DNA of 52,194 nucleotides. Source: Acutalibacteraceae bacterium (GTDB lineage: Bacteria; Bacillota; Clostridia; Oscillospirales; Acutalibacteraceae). Positions 44,881-52,194 of this stretch are shown here, in pieces; the stretch's first letter is position 1, and the number at the start of each line of letters is the position of its first letter. A program made the translations under genes and the position numbers. The notes beneath the pieces were generated by a model. That model was not told the DNA's origin. It did no database searches and saw nothing but the letters and a program-made list of their open reading frames with translations. The stretch lies in assembly GCA_051880775.1 (NCBI GenBank), contig JBJEOP010000065.1, positions 1-52,194 of the forward strand, in the 5' to 3' direction.

Positions 44881-45525
44881 ATGAATTTTTTTGAAACGCT
44901 GCTGCTGTCAATGGCACTCAGTGCTGACGCTTTTGCAATAGGCGTTGCGTGTGAGATGAGGGGGATAAGGACTTCAACTGCGGCAAGACTTGTAATATGC
45001 TTTGTGTCAGCGGTGATAACTGCCGCAGCTGTTTTTCTCGGTTCGGTTATATCGGATTTTCTGCCGATTTGGGCAGGAAACCTTATCGGAATAATAATGC
45101 TGTTCGTACTCGGAGCTTATGTAATATACGGAGCGATTGCGGAGAAACCGAAAAAACCTCCGAAACCACGCAAAGAAAACATACTTACGCTTGCGGTAAA
45201 ACCGCTTGGAATTACAATAAGGATTATCCGTAATCCTGCTGAATGTGACATAGACCGCTCATCAGCGGTGGATTTTGCGGAGGCTTGCTATATGGGCGTT
45301 GCACTGTCGGCAGATTCCTTTGCGGCAGGTCTGGGAGCAGGAGTCAGCGGCGGTGCGGCTGACTGGATTCCGCTTATGTGTGGGATTTTTCAACTGGTAT
45401 TTTTGTGCTGCGGAGCAAAAATCGGAAAAAAATTTTACGGAATAAAAAAAATAAAACAGAAATATCTGAGTATAGCGTCGGGGGCAGTGCTTATTGCGGT
45501 TGCTTTATTCAGGATTTTCTTTTAA
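44881..45525 (+). CDS. MntP/YtaF-family (DUF204) membrane protein
   Basis: The repeated halves MALSADAFAIGV and VALSADSFAAGLG are separated by a basic linker, as in sporulation protein YtaF / Mn efflux MntP. The start is ATG 44881. Confidence 0.7.
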   Translation: MNFFETLLLSMALSADAFAIGVACEMRGIRTSTAARLVICFVSAVITAAAVFLGSVISDFLPIWAGNLIGIIMLFVLGAYVIYGAIAEKPKKPPKPRKENILTLAVKPLGITIRIIRNPAECDIDRSSAVDFAEACYMGVALSADSFAAGLGAGVSGGAADWIPLMCGIFQLVFLCCGAKIGKKFYGIKKIKQKYLSIASGAVLIAVALFRIFF

Positions 45526-45960
45526 AAAATTATTACAGATTGTAAAATTTTTTAAAATGAATTTTTACAAAATGTTGTTAAAACCGAGCATTATTTACTG
45601 AAAAACAGGCTCGTTTAAGGTTTTTCAATATTTTTTTAGGAGAATATACAAAACTTTTAACATCTTATTATGCAATAAATATAAAATTATACTTTGTGTA
45701 TTTTGACATAATATGGGGAAAAATATGCATTAAAAGGATATTTTTAACAAAAAAATACAGGAAAATTAATATATAAGAAATATAATCAATATTTCGCTTA
45801 AAAGTGATTTGTACATTTTTTACAGGAATATAATCAGCATAATAAATAAAATTCTAGTACTGATTTGTTTAAACTGTTTAAAAAGATAGTATTGTAGTGG
45901 CAAAGTGCATAAATATAATTTATCTGTTTTATGTACATTGATAAAAATGACAATAAGCGG

Positions 45961-45989
45961 TTGAAATTAAATTAACGCTATGATATTAT
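45961..45989 (+). promoter_or_regulatory. Possible promoter of the sugar ABC operon (TTGAAA, 17 nt spacer, TATTAT)
   Basis: A hexamer match only, inside a 596-nt AT-rich intergenic region. Confidence 0.3.
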
Positions 45990-46121
45990 TGATATGGTGG
46001 CAGACAGAATGCCTTAATTTTCTATGATTTCAGAGGATAAATTGGGTGTTTTTATGCCGTTAGGGCACGAAGGTGCAGACAAATTATTATTTTTATTTTT
46101 TAGAAAGAGGGAATTTTAATT

Positions 46122-47558
46122 ATGGCACATAATTCAAAAAAGGCAGTTGCTCTCGTACTTGCAGCAATGATGGCTGCAACAGCTCTTGCAGGATGCGGCG
46201 GCAGCTCAGGAAATCAGCAGTCACAGGCTCCGGCAGCATCAGGTACAGAGTCACAGGCTCCGTCAGGCACAGAGTCACAGGCTCCATCAGGCGAAAATTC
46301 AACAGCGGCTCCGTCGGTTGATATTTTCAGCGAGGAAATGACAGCACAGATCAAAGACAAAATCGCAGCAGAAGCTGAAAAGACAGACAACAAGGTTTCA
46401 CTTAAACTGTGGTGTGCAAGTAACGACGCTAAGCTTGAAAAATATCTTGTTGAGAAGTTCAAGACTCTCTACTCTGACAGCAGATATGAGCTTTCAATCA
46501 AAGTTGCACCGGGTATCGGTGAAGACAATGCCGGCGACCAGATTCTTCAGGATCCTACAAAGGGTGCTGACGTATTCAGCATTGCAGACAACAATCTCCG
46601 TGAGCTTGTTGAGCAGAAGGCAGTTGCAGAAGTAGGAACAGCTTTTGCAGGCAACGTAGCAAACGATAACACAGACGCTTCAATCGAGGCTTGTAAGATT
46701 GACGGCAAGCTTTATGCTTTCCCGAAGACATCTGATAACGGTTTCTTCCTTTACTATGATAAGAGAGTTTATAAGGACGAAAAAGATATCGCAACATTCG
46801 ATTCACTTGTTGATGTAGCTGCTGCACAGAACAAGAATGTTCTTATGGCTATCGATAACGCTTGGTACAACACAGGCTTCTTCTTCACAGCAGGCTGTAC
46901 AATTTCACTCGAAAACAATGTTCAGAAAGCAGACTTTGACAGTGACAAGGGCGTAAGTGCAGTTAAGGCTATGTGCCACCTTGCAGAAAAGACAAACAAG
47001 GGCTTCAAGGGCACAGGCGATGACAGCGTTGTTATTCAGGGCTTCCAGTCAGGCACTCTTGCAGCAGCTGTAACAGGTACATGGAACGGTGCCGCAATCA
47101 GAGATACAATCGGTGCTGAAAACGTAGGTGCTGCAAAGCTCCCGACAGTTCTTATGGACGGCGAACAGAAACAGCTCGAAAGCTTCGGCGGCTACAAGAT
47201 TATGGCAGTAAGATCAAGCACAGACTATCCGCTTACCGCTCAGGTTCTTGCTTATTATCTTACATCTCAGGAAGCACAGGAATCCCGTTATTCATGTAAG
47301 GACGACAGCGGTGCAAGCATCGGTCGCGGACTTCTTCCTACAAACAATAAAGCTCTTGAATCAGACGAGATTAAAGACGACGCAGCTATCAAGGCTGTTG
47401 ATGACCAGCGTCAGTTCTCACATCCACAGAGCTGCGTAGGCGGTAAATACTGGACTCCTGTTGGATCAATCGGAAGCGACATCAACGCTGCTAACGGTAA
47501 ACTCAGCGACGATCAGATCAAGCAGAAACTCTCAGAGGTTGTTGCATCATTCCAGTAA
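46122..47558 (+). CDS. Sugar (maltodextrin-type) ABC transporter substrate-binding lipoprotein
   Basis: The lipobox LAGCGG is followed by a repetitive GTESQAPS linker and an SBP_bac_1-like body (KLWCASND..., DVFSIADNNL, GKLYAFP). It is followed by MalF/MalG-like permeases and a GH13 enzyme. Confidence 0.8.
   Translation: MAHNSKKAVALVLAAMMAATALAGCGGSSGNQQSQAPAASGTESQAPSGTESQAPSGENSTAAPSVDIFSEEMTAQIKDKIAAEAEKTDNKVSLKLWCASNDAKLEKYLVEKFKTLYSDSRYELSIKVAPGIGEDNAGDQILQDPTKGADVFSIADNNLRELVEQKAVAEVGTAFAGNVANDNTDASIEACKIDGKLYAFPKTSDNGFFLYYDKRVYKDEKDIATFDSLVDVAAAQNKNVLMAIDNAWYNTGFFFTAGCTISLENNVQKADFDSDKGVSAVKAMCHLAEKTNKGFKGTGDDSVVIQGFQSGTLAAAVTGTWNGAAIRDTIGAENVGAAKLPTVLMDGEQKQLESFGGYKIMAVRSSTDYPLTAQVLAYYLTSQEAQESRYSCKDDSGASIGRGLLPTNNKALESDEIKDDAAIKAVDDQRQFSHPQSCVGGKYWTPVGSIGSDINAANGKLSDDQIKQKLSEVVASFQ
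46239..46292 (+). repeat. In-frame 24-nt tandem repeat (2.25 copies) encoding SGTESQAP in the lipoprotein linker
   Basis: TCAGGTACAGAGTCACAGGCTCCG / TCAGGCACAGAGTCACAGGCTCCA / TCAGGC. Confidence 0.85.
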
Positions 47559-47590
47559 TTCAATAGTCCGTTTATTTGTTAATACAAATT

Positions 47591-47630
47591 ATGAGCGGTC
47601 TGTAATTATTACGCAGACTGCTCATATTTG
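47591..47630 (+). terminator. Stem-loop / partial terminator after the binding-protein gene
   Basis: A 12-bp stem ATGAGCGGTCTG / CAGACTGCTCAT followed by ATTTG. Confidence 0.5.
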
Positions 47631-47685
47631 TCGGTAAAAGAATTACTTCGGTTTTTAAAAGACAATATAAAGGAGTTGTATATGA

Positions 47686-49212
47686 ATGGATTTTCTTGAT
47701 TATGTCCAGATGACCAAAGGTCAGCGAATCCTTTACAAGATCAAGTCCTTCTTTACAGGAATCCCCGGAGCGATAGTCGCTTTCTTTACTATGATAGGGC
47801 GTTTCCTGAAAAAAGTTTTTTTGGGTATCGGACACGGTTTCCAGAATTACGGACAGCGTTTTGTAAAGGGTGACTTAGGTACAAAACTTTCCTACATAAT
47901 TATGGGTGCAGGCAATATGCTGCACGGTCAGATTGCTAAGGGCTTGATTTTCCTTGCTGTTGAAGTTTCATATTTTGCTTATATGATTTTCTTCGGTATT
48001 GGTCAGCTCTCAAAATTCTATTGTAACGGTGTTATGATTCCTGATGAAGGAATAATGAAAGACGGTGTTCTTGGTAGTGTTGTTACAACAGAAGTTGCCG
48101 ATCCTAACGATATTTTCGGCGTAAAACAGACAATTTACGGCGATAACTCGATGCACATTCTTCTTTTCGGCGTACTTACAATGCTTATCACAATAGCATT
48201 TATTGCAGTTTATGTCGTAAACACAAAGAGTGCGTACTACACACAGGAACTAAAAGCAATCGGCAAAAAACCTGTTTCTTTCATCAAGGAGATTAAAATG
48301 TTCTTTGATGAGCGTTTCCATGTTACACTTCTCGCTCTTCCGACAATTCTTCTTCTTGTATTTACGGTTCTTCCGATTGTATTTACAGTCTTTATGGCAT
48401 TTACTAACTACGATAAGATGCACCAGGCTCCTGCAAAGCTCTTCTGGTGGGTTGGTTTCGATAACTTCGCAGACGTATTCTATTCAAACCCGCTGAAATC
48501 CCGTACATTCGGTAATATCCTTCTTTGGACATTGGTTTGGGCTGTATTTGCTACATTTACAAACTATATCCTCGGTATTATCGTTGCACTTCTTATCAAC
48601 AAGAAGGGTATCAAGTTCAAATCTTTCTGGAGAACAATGTTTGTTATTACAGCGGCTGTTCCTCAGTTCGTAACACTTCTTCTTATGAACCAGCTCCTCC
48701 AGAACGAAGGTTCACTCAACCTTATGCTCGGTACAAACTATCCGTTCCTTACGGATCCTATGTGGGCAAAAGTAGTGGTTATTATAGTTAATATCTGGGT
48801 TGGTATTCCTTACACAATGCTTATTTCCAGCGGTCTTCTTATGAACATTCCTGAGGATCTTTATGAGAGTGCCCGTATTGACGGTGCAAACGCTTTCCAG
48901 CAGTTCACTAAGATTACTTTCCCGTACATATTCTTTGTAACAACACCTTATCTTATCACAACATTCGTTGGTAACATCAACAACTTCAATGTTATCTTCC
49001 TCTTAACCGGCGGTGGACCGAACACCACAGAATACTATCAGGCTGGTCAGACAGACCTTCTCGTAACATGGCTGTACAAGCTGACTGTTAATCAGAAGGA
49101 CTACAACCTTGCTGCCGTTATCGGTATCATGGTATTCCTTATTTGTGCTATCGGTTCTTTGATTACATTTAATATGTCAAAAGCTTCTAAGAACGAGGAG
49201 GAATTCTCATGA
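47686..49212 (+). CDS. Sugar ABC transporter permease (MalF-like, extended N-terminus)
   Basis: It has 8 or more predicted TM helices and the EAA loop ESARIDGANAFQQFTKITFP. RBS AAGGAG is upstream. Confidence 0.85.
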   Translation: MDFLDYVQMTKGQRILYKIKSFFTGIPGAIVAFFTMIGRFLKKVFLGIGHGFQNYGQRFVKGDLGTKLSYIIMGAGNMLHGQIAKGLIFLAVEVSYFAYMIFFGIGQLSKFYCNGVMIPDEGIMKDGVLGSVVTTEVADPNDIFGVKQTIYGDNSMHILLFGVLTMLITIAFIAVYVVNTKSAYYTQELKAIGKKPVSFIKEIKMFFDERFHVTLLALPTILLLVFTVLPIVFTVFMAFTNYDKMHQAPAKLFWWVGFDNFADVFYSNPLKSRTFGNILLWTLVWAVFATFTNYILGIIVALLINKKGIKFKSFWRTMFVITAAVPQFVTLLLMNQLLQNEGSLNLMLGTNYPFLTDPMWAKVVVIIVNIWVGIPYTMLISSGLLMNIPEDLYESARIDGANAFQQFTKITFPYIFFVTTPYLITTFVGNINNFNVIFLLTGGGPNTTEYYQAGQTDLLVTWLYKLTVNQKDYNLAAVIGIMVFLICAIGSLITFNMSKASKNEEEFS

Positions 49213-50093
49213 CAACTACAGCAACTCCTTCAACAAGCAAAAAACAGGGCGGCTATGCTGCAAGAACAAAAACAGTCAATGCGATTGTATATGCAATTCT
49301 TGCTGTAATGGTTGTAGTTTGGCTTTTCCCGATTGTATGGCTTGTACTCCAATCATTCAGAGGCGAAAAAGGTAAATATGTTTCTTACATTTTGCCGCAC
49401 GAGTGGACATTCAATAACTATGTAAACCTCTTTACAAACGAGACCTTCCCGTTTGGCAGATGGTTTATGAATACACTTATCATCGCTATTTTCTCTTGTA
49501 TCATTTCTACACTCTTTATACTTATGGTAAGTTATGCATTCAGCCGACTCCGTTTTAAGAGCCGTAAGACATTCCTTAACCTTGGACTTATACTCGGTAT
49601 GTTCCCGGGCTTTATGTCAATGGCTGCTATATATTCGATTATGGAAATGCTCGGACTCGGTCAGTCACTTTTTGCTCTTGTAATCGTTTATTCGGCAGGT
49701 GCAGGTCTTGGCTATCAGGTTGCAAAGGGTTATTTTGATACAATTCCCCGATCTCTTGACGAGGCTGCGAAAATCGACGGTGCCACAAGAAGTCAGATTT
49801 TCTGGCAGATTATTCTTCCGCTTTCAAAGCCGATTATCGTTTATACCGCTCTTACAACATTTATCGGACCGTGGACAGATTACATCTTCGTAAGCTACTT
49901 TATGAAAGATAATATGGACAACCTTACGGTTGCCGCAGGTCTTTATAAGATGCTTGAGAGAGAATCAGTTTATGAATACTTTACAACATTCTGTGCCGGT
50001 GCAGTTGTTGTTGCTATTCCGATTACAATTCTCTTTGTAATTATGCAGAGATTCTATGTTGCCGGTGTAACAGGCGGTGCCGTAAAGGGCTGA
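49209..50093 (+). CDS. Sugar ABC transporter permease (MalG-like)
   Basis: The EAA loop is DEAAKIDGATRSQIFWQIILPLSKP. It overlaps the upstream stop by 4 nt. Confidence 0.85.
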   Translation: MTTTATPSTSKKQGGYAARTKTVNAIVYAILAVMVVVWLFPIVWLVLQSFRGEKGKYVSYILPHEWTFNNYVNLFTNETFPFGRWFMNTLIIAIFSCIISTLFILMVSYAFSRLRFKSRKTFLNLGLILGMFPGFMSMAAIYSIMEMLGLGQSLFALVIVYSAGAGLGYQVAKGYFDTIPRSLDEAAKIDGATRSQIFWQIILPLSKPIIVYTALTTFIGPWTDYIFVSYFMKDNMDNLTVAAGLYKMLERESVYEYFTTFCAGAVVVAIPITILFVIMQRFYVAGVTGGAVKG

Positions 50094-50178
50094 TTTGTCA
50101 GGCAATTATTTCAAAGCAGGGACGCTGTATGCCTCCCTGCTTTATCTTTATAAAAAAATTTTGAAAAGGAGAAAAACA

Positions 50179-51939
50179 ATGTCATCTAAAAAGTTTATTT
50201 CACTCGGACTTGTTTGTGCAATGCTTGCCGGTACTGTGCTTGCAGGCTGCAACAGCGGTACTGCCGACACAAATTCTCAGACGCCGCAAAATACTTCTTC
50301 GCAGACAGCAACTGGCGAAAGCATTAAGCTGCCCGAAGACGGCGGCTTCACAAACACCTCATACGAACTTTCAAAGGATAAATACAGAACATACTACGAG
50401 ATTTTTGCGTACTCTTTTTATGACTCAAACGGCGACGGTATCGGTGATCTTAAAGGTATTACATCAAAGCTTGACTATCTCAATGACGGTGATACAAAAA
50501 CCACAACCGACCTCGGCGTAGAGGGAATATGGCTTATGCCGATTATGCCTTCACCGTCATATCACAAGTACAATGTTGCCGACTACAAAGCCATTGACGA
50601 GGCTTACGGCACAATGGACGATTTCAAGGAGCTGCTTACTGAGGCTCACAAACGCAATATCAATGTTATTATTGACTTTGTAATCAACCACACATCAAGA
50701 AAGCATGAATGGTATCAGAAAGCTATCGAAGAACTCAAAGCCGGAAAATCCGACGGATATGCTCAGTATTACCATTTCAAAGAAAACAATAAGGACAATG
50801 GCTGGGCTTATTCAGGTGTAGGCGACTGGTATTATGAGTGTCAGTTTGATACGGATATGCCTGACCTCAACCTTACAAACGAAAAAGTCAGAAGTGAACT
50901 TCAGGATATTGTGAAATTCTGGCTTGATATGGGAGTTGACGGTTTCCGTCTTGACGCAGTAAAATACTATGAAAGCACAGGAACAGATGATTCCGTCAAG
51001 GATCTTAAATGGCTCTATGACTATGCAAAGAGCGTAAAAGAAGATGTTTATATGGTAGGAGAATGCTGGGACGCATCAGGTGTAATCTCTAATTTCTATA
51101 AATCCGGTGTTGACAGCTTCTTTAACTTTGATATGCAGGGTGCAAAAGGTCGTGTGAACAGTGCTTTGAATAAAGAGGACGCTTTGGGCTATGCTCAGGC
51201 ACTTGAAAATTGGCAGAAAACAATTAAGGCAAGCAACCCCAATGCTATTGACGCACCGTTTATTTCAAACCACGATACCGCAAGAAGTGCAGGCTTCATC
51301 TCAACACTGACATCAAGAAAGATGGCAGCCGCAATGTACATTCTTGCACCGGGCAACTCGTTCATCTATTACGGTGAGGAAATCGGTATGACAGGTTCAA
51401 GGACAGACCCCGACAAGCGTACAGGAATGTACTGGGAGTCAAAGGACGCAGAGGGTTATGTAAAGGTTGTTCCGGGTGCCGATAACCCCGATGTTCCTGA
51501 AAAGAGCGTTGAAGAGCAGCTTAAAGATGATGATTCACTTCTTAGCTTCTATAAAAGAGTTATTGCTCTGAAAAATCAGAACCCCGAAATCGCACGAGGA
51601 GATGTAACAGCGGTTGACCTCGGAAACAATGCCGTTGCAGGATATGTTTCAAGCTATAATGATTCAAAGGTTATGGTAATTTACAATGTTTCGGGCAAGG
51701 GTGAAACAGTGACAGTTCCGTCTGATAAGTTTACTGTATCTGAGGTTCGTGGATATGCGATTGCCGATTCAGGCGATATGCAGGATGACACAAAGCCTGC
51801 GGTTGACGACTTGCTTGACCTCGGTAATACAGGCTCGGAAAGTTCGGCTGAAACTTCCGAAGAATCAAAGATAACAGATTTTTCCGTAAACGGTTCACAG
51901 GTAACACTTCCGGCTTACAGCGTTATCGTTCTTAAATAA
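50179..51939 (+). CDS. GH13-family alpha-amylase / alpha-glucosidase lipoprotein
   Basis: The lipobox is LAGCNS. The GH13 conserved regions are DFVINHTS, GVDGFRLDAVK (nucleophile Asp), VGECWD (acid/base Glu) and FISNHDTAR. ATG 50179 follows RBS AAAGGAG. Confidence 0.85.
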   Translation: MSSKKFISLGLVCAMLAGTVLAGCNSGTADTNSQTPQNTSSQTATGESIKLPEDGGFTNTSYELSKDKYRTYYEIFAYSFYDSNGDGIGDLKGITSKLDYLNDGDTKTTTDLGVEGIWLMPIMPSPSYHKYNVADYKAIDEAYGTMDDFKELLTEAHKRNINVIIDFVINHTSRKHEWYQKAIEELKAGKSDGYAQYYHFKENNKDNGWAYSGVGDWYYECQFDTDMPDLNLTNEKVRSELQDIVKFWLDMGVDGFRLDAVKYYESTGTDDSVKDLKWLYDYAKSVKEDVYMVGECWDASGVISNFYKSGVDSFFNFDMQGAKGRVNSALNKEDALGYAQALENWQKTIKASNPNAIDAPFISNHDTARSAGFISTLTSRKMAAAMYILAPGNSFIYYGEEIGMTGSRTDPDKRTGMYWESKDAEGYVKVVPGADNPDVPEKSVEEQLKDDDSLLSFYKRVIALKNQNPEIARGDVTAVDLGNNAVAGYVSSYNDSKVMVIYNVSGKGETVTVPSDKFTVSEVRGYAIADSGDMQDDTKPAVDDLLDLGNTGSESSAETSEESKITDFSVNGSQVTLPAYSVIVLK

Positions 51940-51957
51940 TTTAACGATTTAATTTTT

Positions 51958-51997
51958 ATACCCATAGTATTTATCTTAAAATAAATACTATGGGTAT
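51958..51997 (+). terminator. Terminator-like hairpin after the GH13 gene
   Basis: A 16-bp AT-rich perfect stem ATACCCATAGTATTTA / TAAATACTATGGGTAT followed by GTTATTGTT. Confidence 0.55.
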
Positions 51998-52194
51998 GTT
52001 ATTGTTGATTTCCAAAGCACATTACACCGTATGAAAGCAGCATAATTTACTTTGGGAATTAACTTATTTTTCATAAATTGGCACCAAATGCGGATTTTCG
52101 TTGACTTTTTTTGGCAGATATGTTATATTAAATAATAAGTATTATTATTATTTTAGTTATAATATAATAGTGATAATATATATTGACTGATTGA

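Noticed and set aside
45526-46121. A LacI/MalR operator or cre site in the 596-nt region upstream of the sugar ABC operon
   Set aside because: I could not find a TGNAANCGNTNNCA-like cre site or a TGCAAACGTTTGCA-like palindrome by eye. Only a weak promoter-like hexamer pair is reported.
46214-46302. Repeats in this region, checked as a possible CRISPR-like array
   Set aside because: The repeats are contiguous 24-nt in-frame units without spacers, inside a well-supported lipoprotein CDS. No CRISPR array or cas genes occur anywhere in the window.

Overview
This is a 52.2-kb chromosomal segment from a low-GC Firmicute of the class Clostridia. Gene content suggests a gut Oscillospiraceae/Ruminococcus-like organism, but that is inference only. 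Most of the window is core. It holds an M16 peptidase pair, lgt, folD, a DegT-type aminotransferase, prfC, a DtxR-family repressor and a dltA-dltC-dltB-dltD-like operon. It also holds an amino-acid ABC transporter, a class III aminotransferase, an Fe-alcohol dehydrogenase, a P-type Ca-ATPase, and a maltodextrin-type ABC transporter with a GH13 lipoprotein amylase. There are three accessory patches. (i) 1-2.5 kb is the end of an integrated element (XRE / ImmR-like / ImmA module) lying against a truncated ArsB/NhaD-type permease gene. (ii) 26.1-40.3 kb is bounded by an intact initiator tRNA-Met and a 44-nt, 84%-identical direct copy of that tRNA's 3' half. It carries a decayed integrase and a complete Type I R-M operon (hsdM-hsdS-X-hsdR). 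(iii) 40.4-42.0 kb is an AT-rich patch with a monocistronic 441-aa NYN-like protein. The best candidate for an undescribed system is gene X (30374-31048). It encodes a 224-aa protein with a TIR-like (Cap12/PycTIR-type) C-terminal domain and an N-terminal domain carrying the RNase HIII-N SGKV.(L/F)QGK signature. It sits between hsdS and hsdR with no cyclase or ThsA-type partner. Other non-coding signals are listed here. A perfect 15-bp inverted repeat straddles the hsdM promoter. Three tandem terminator-like hairpins lie in the leader of the amino-acid ABC operon. A GC-rich triple-hairpin repeat occurs in two inverted copies. Heptad TCRTAAT-type repeats follow two genes. No CRISPR array, rRNA or intact transposase was seen. 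All family assignments come from motif recognition by eye; no searches were run.
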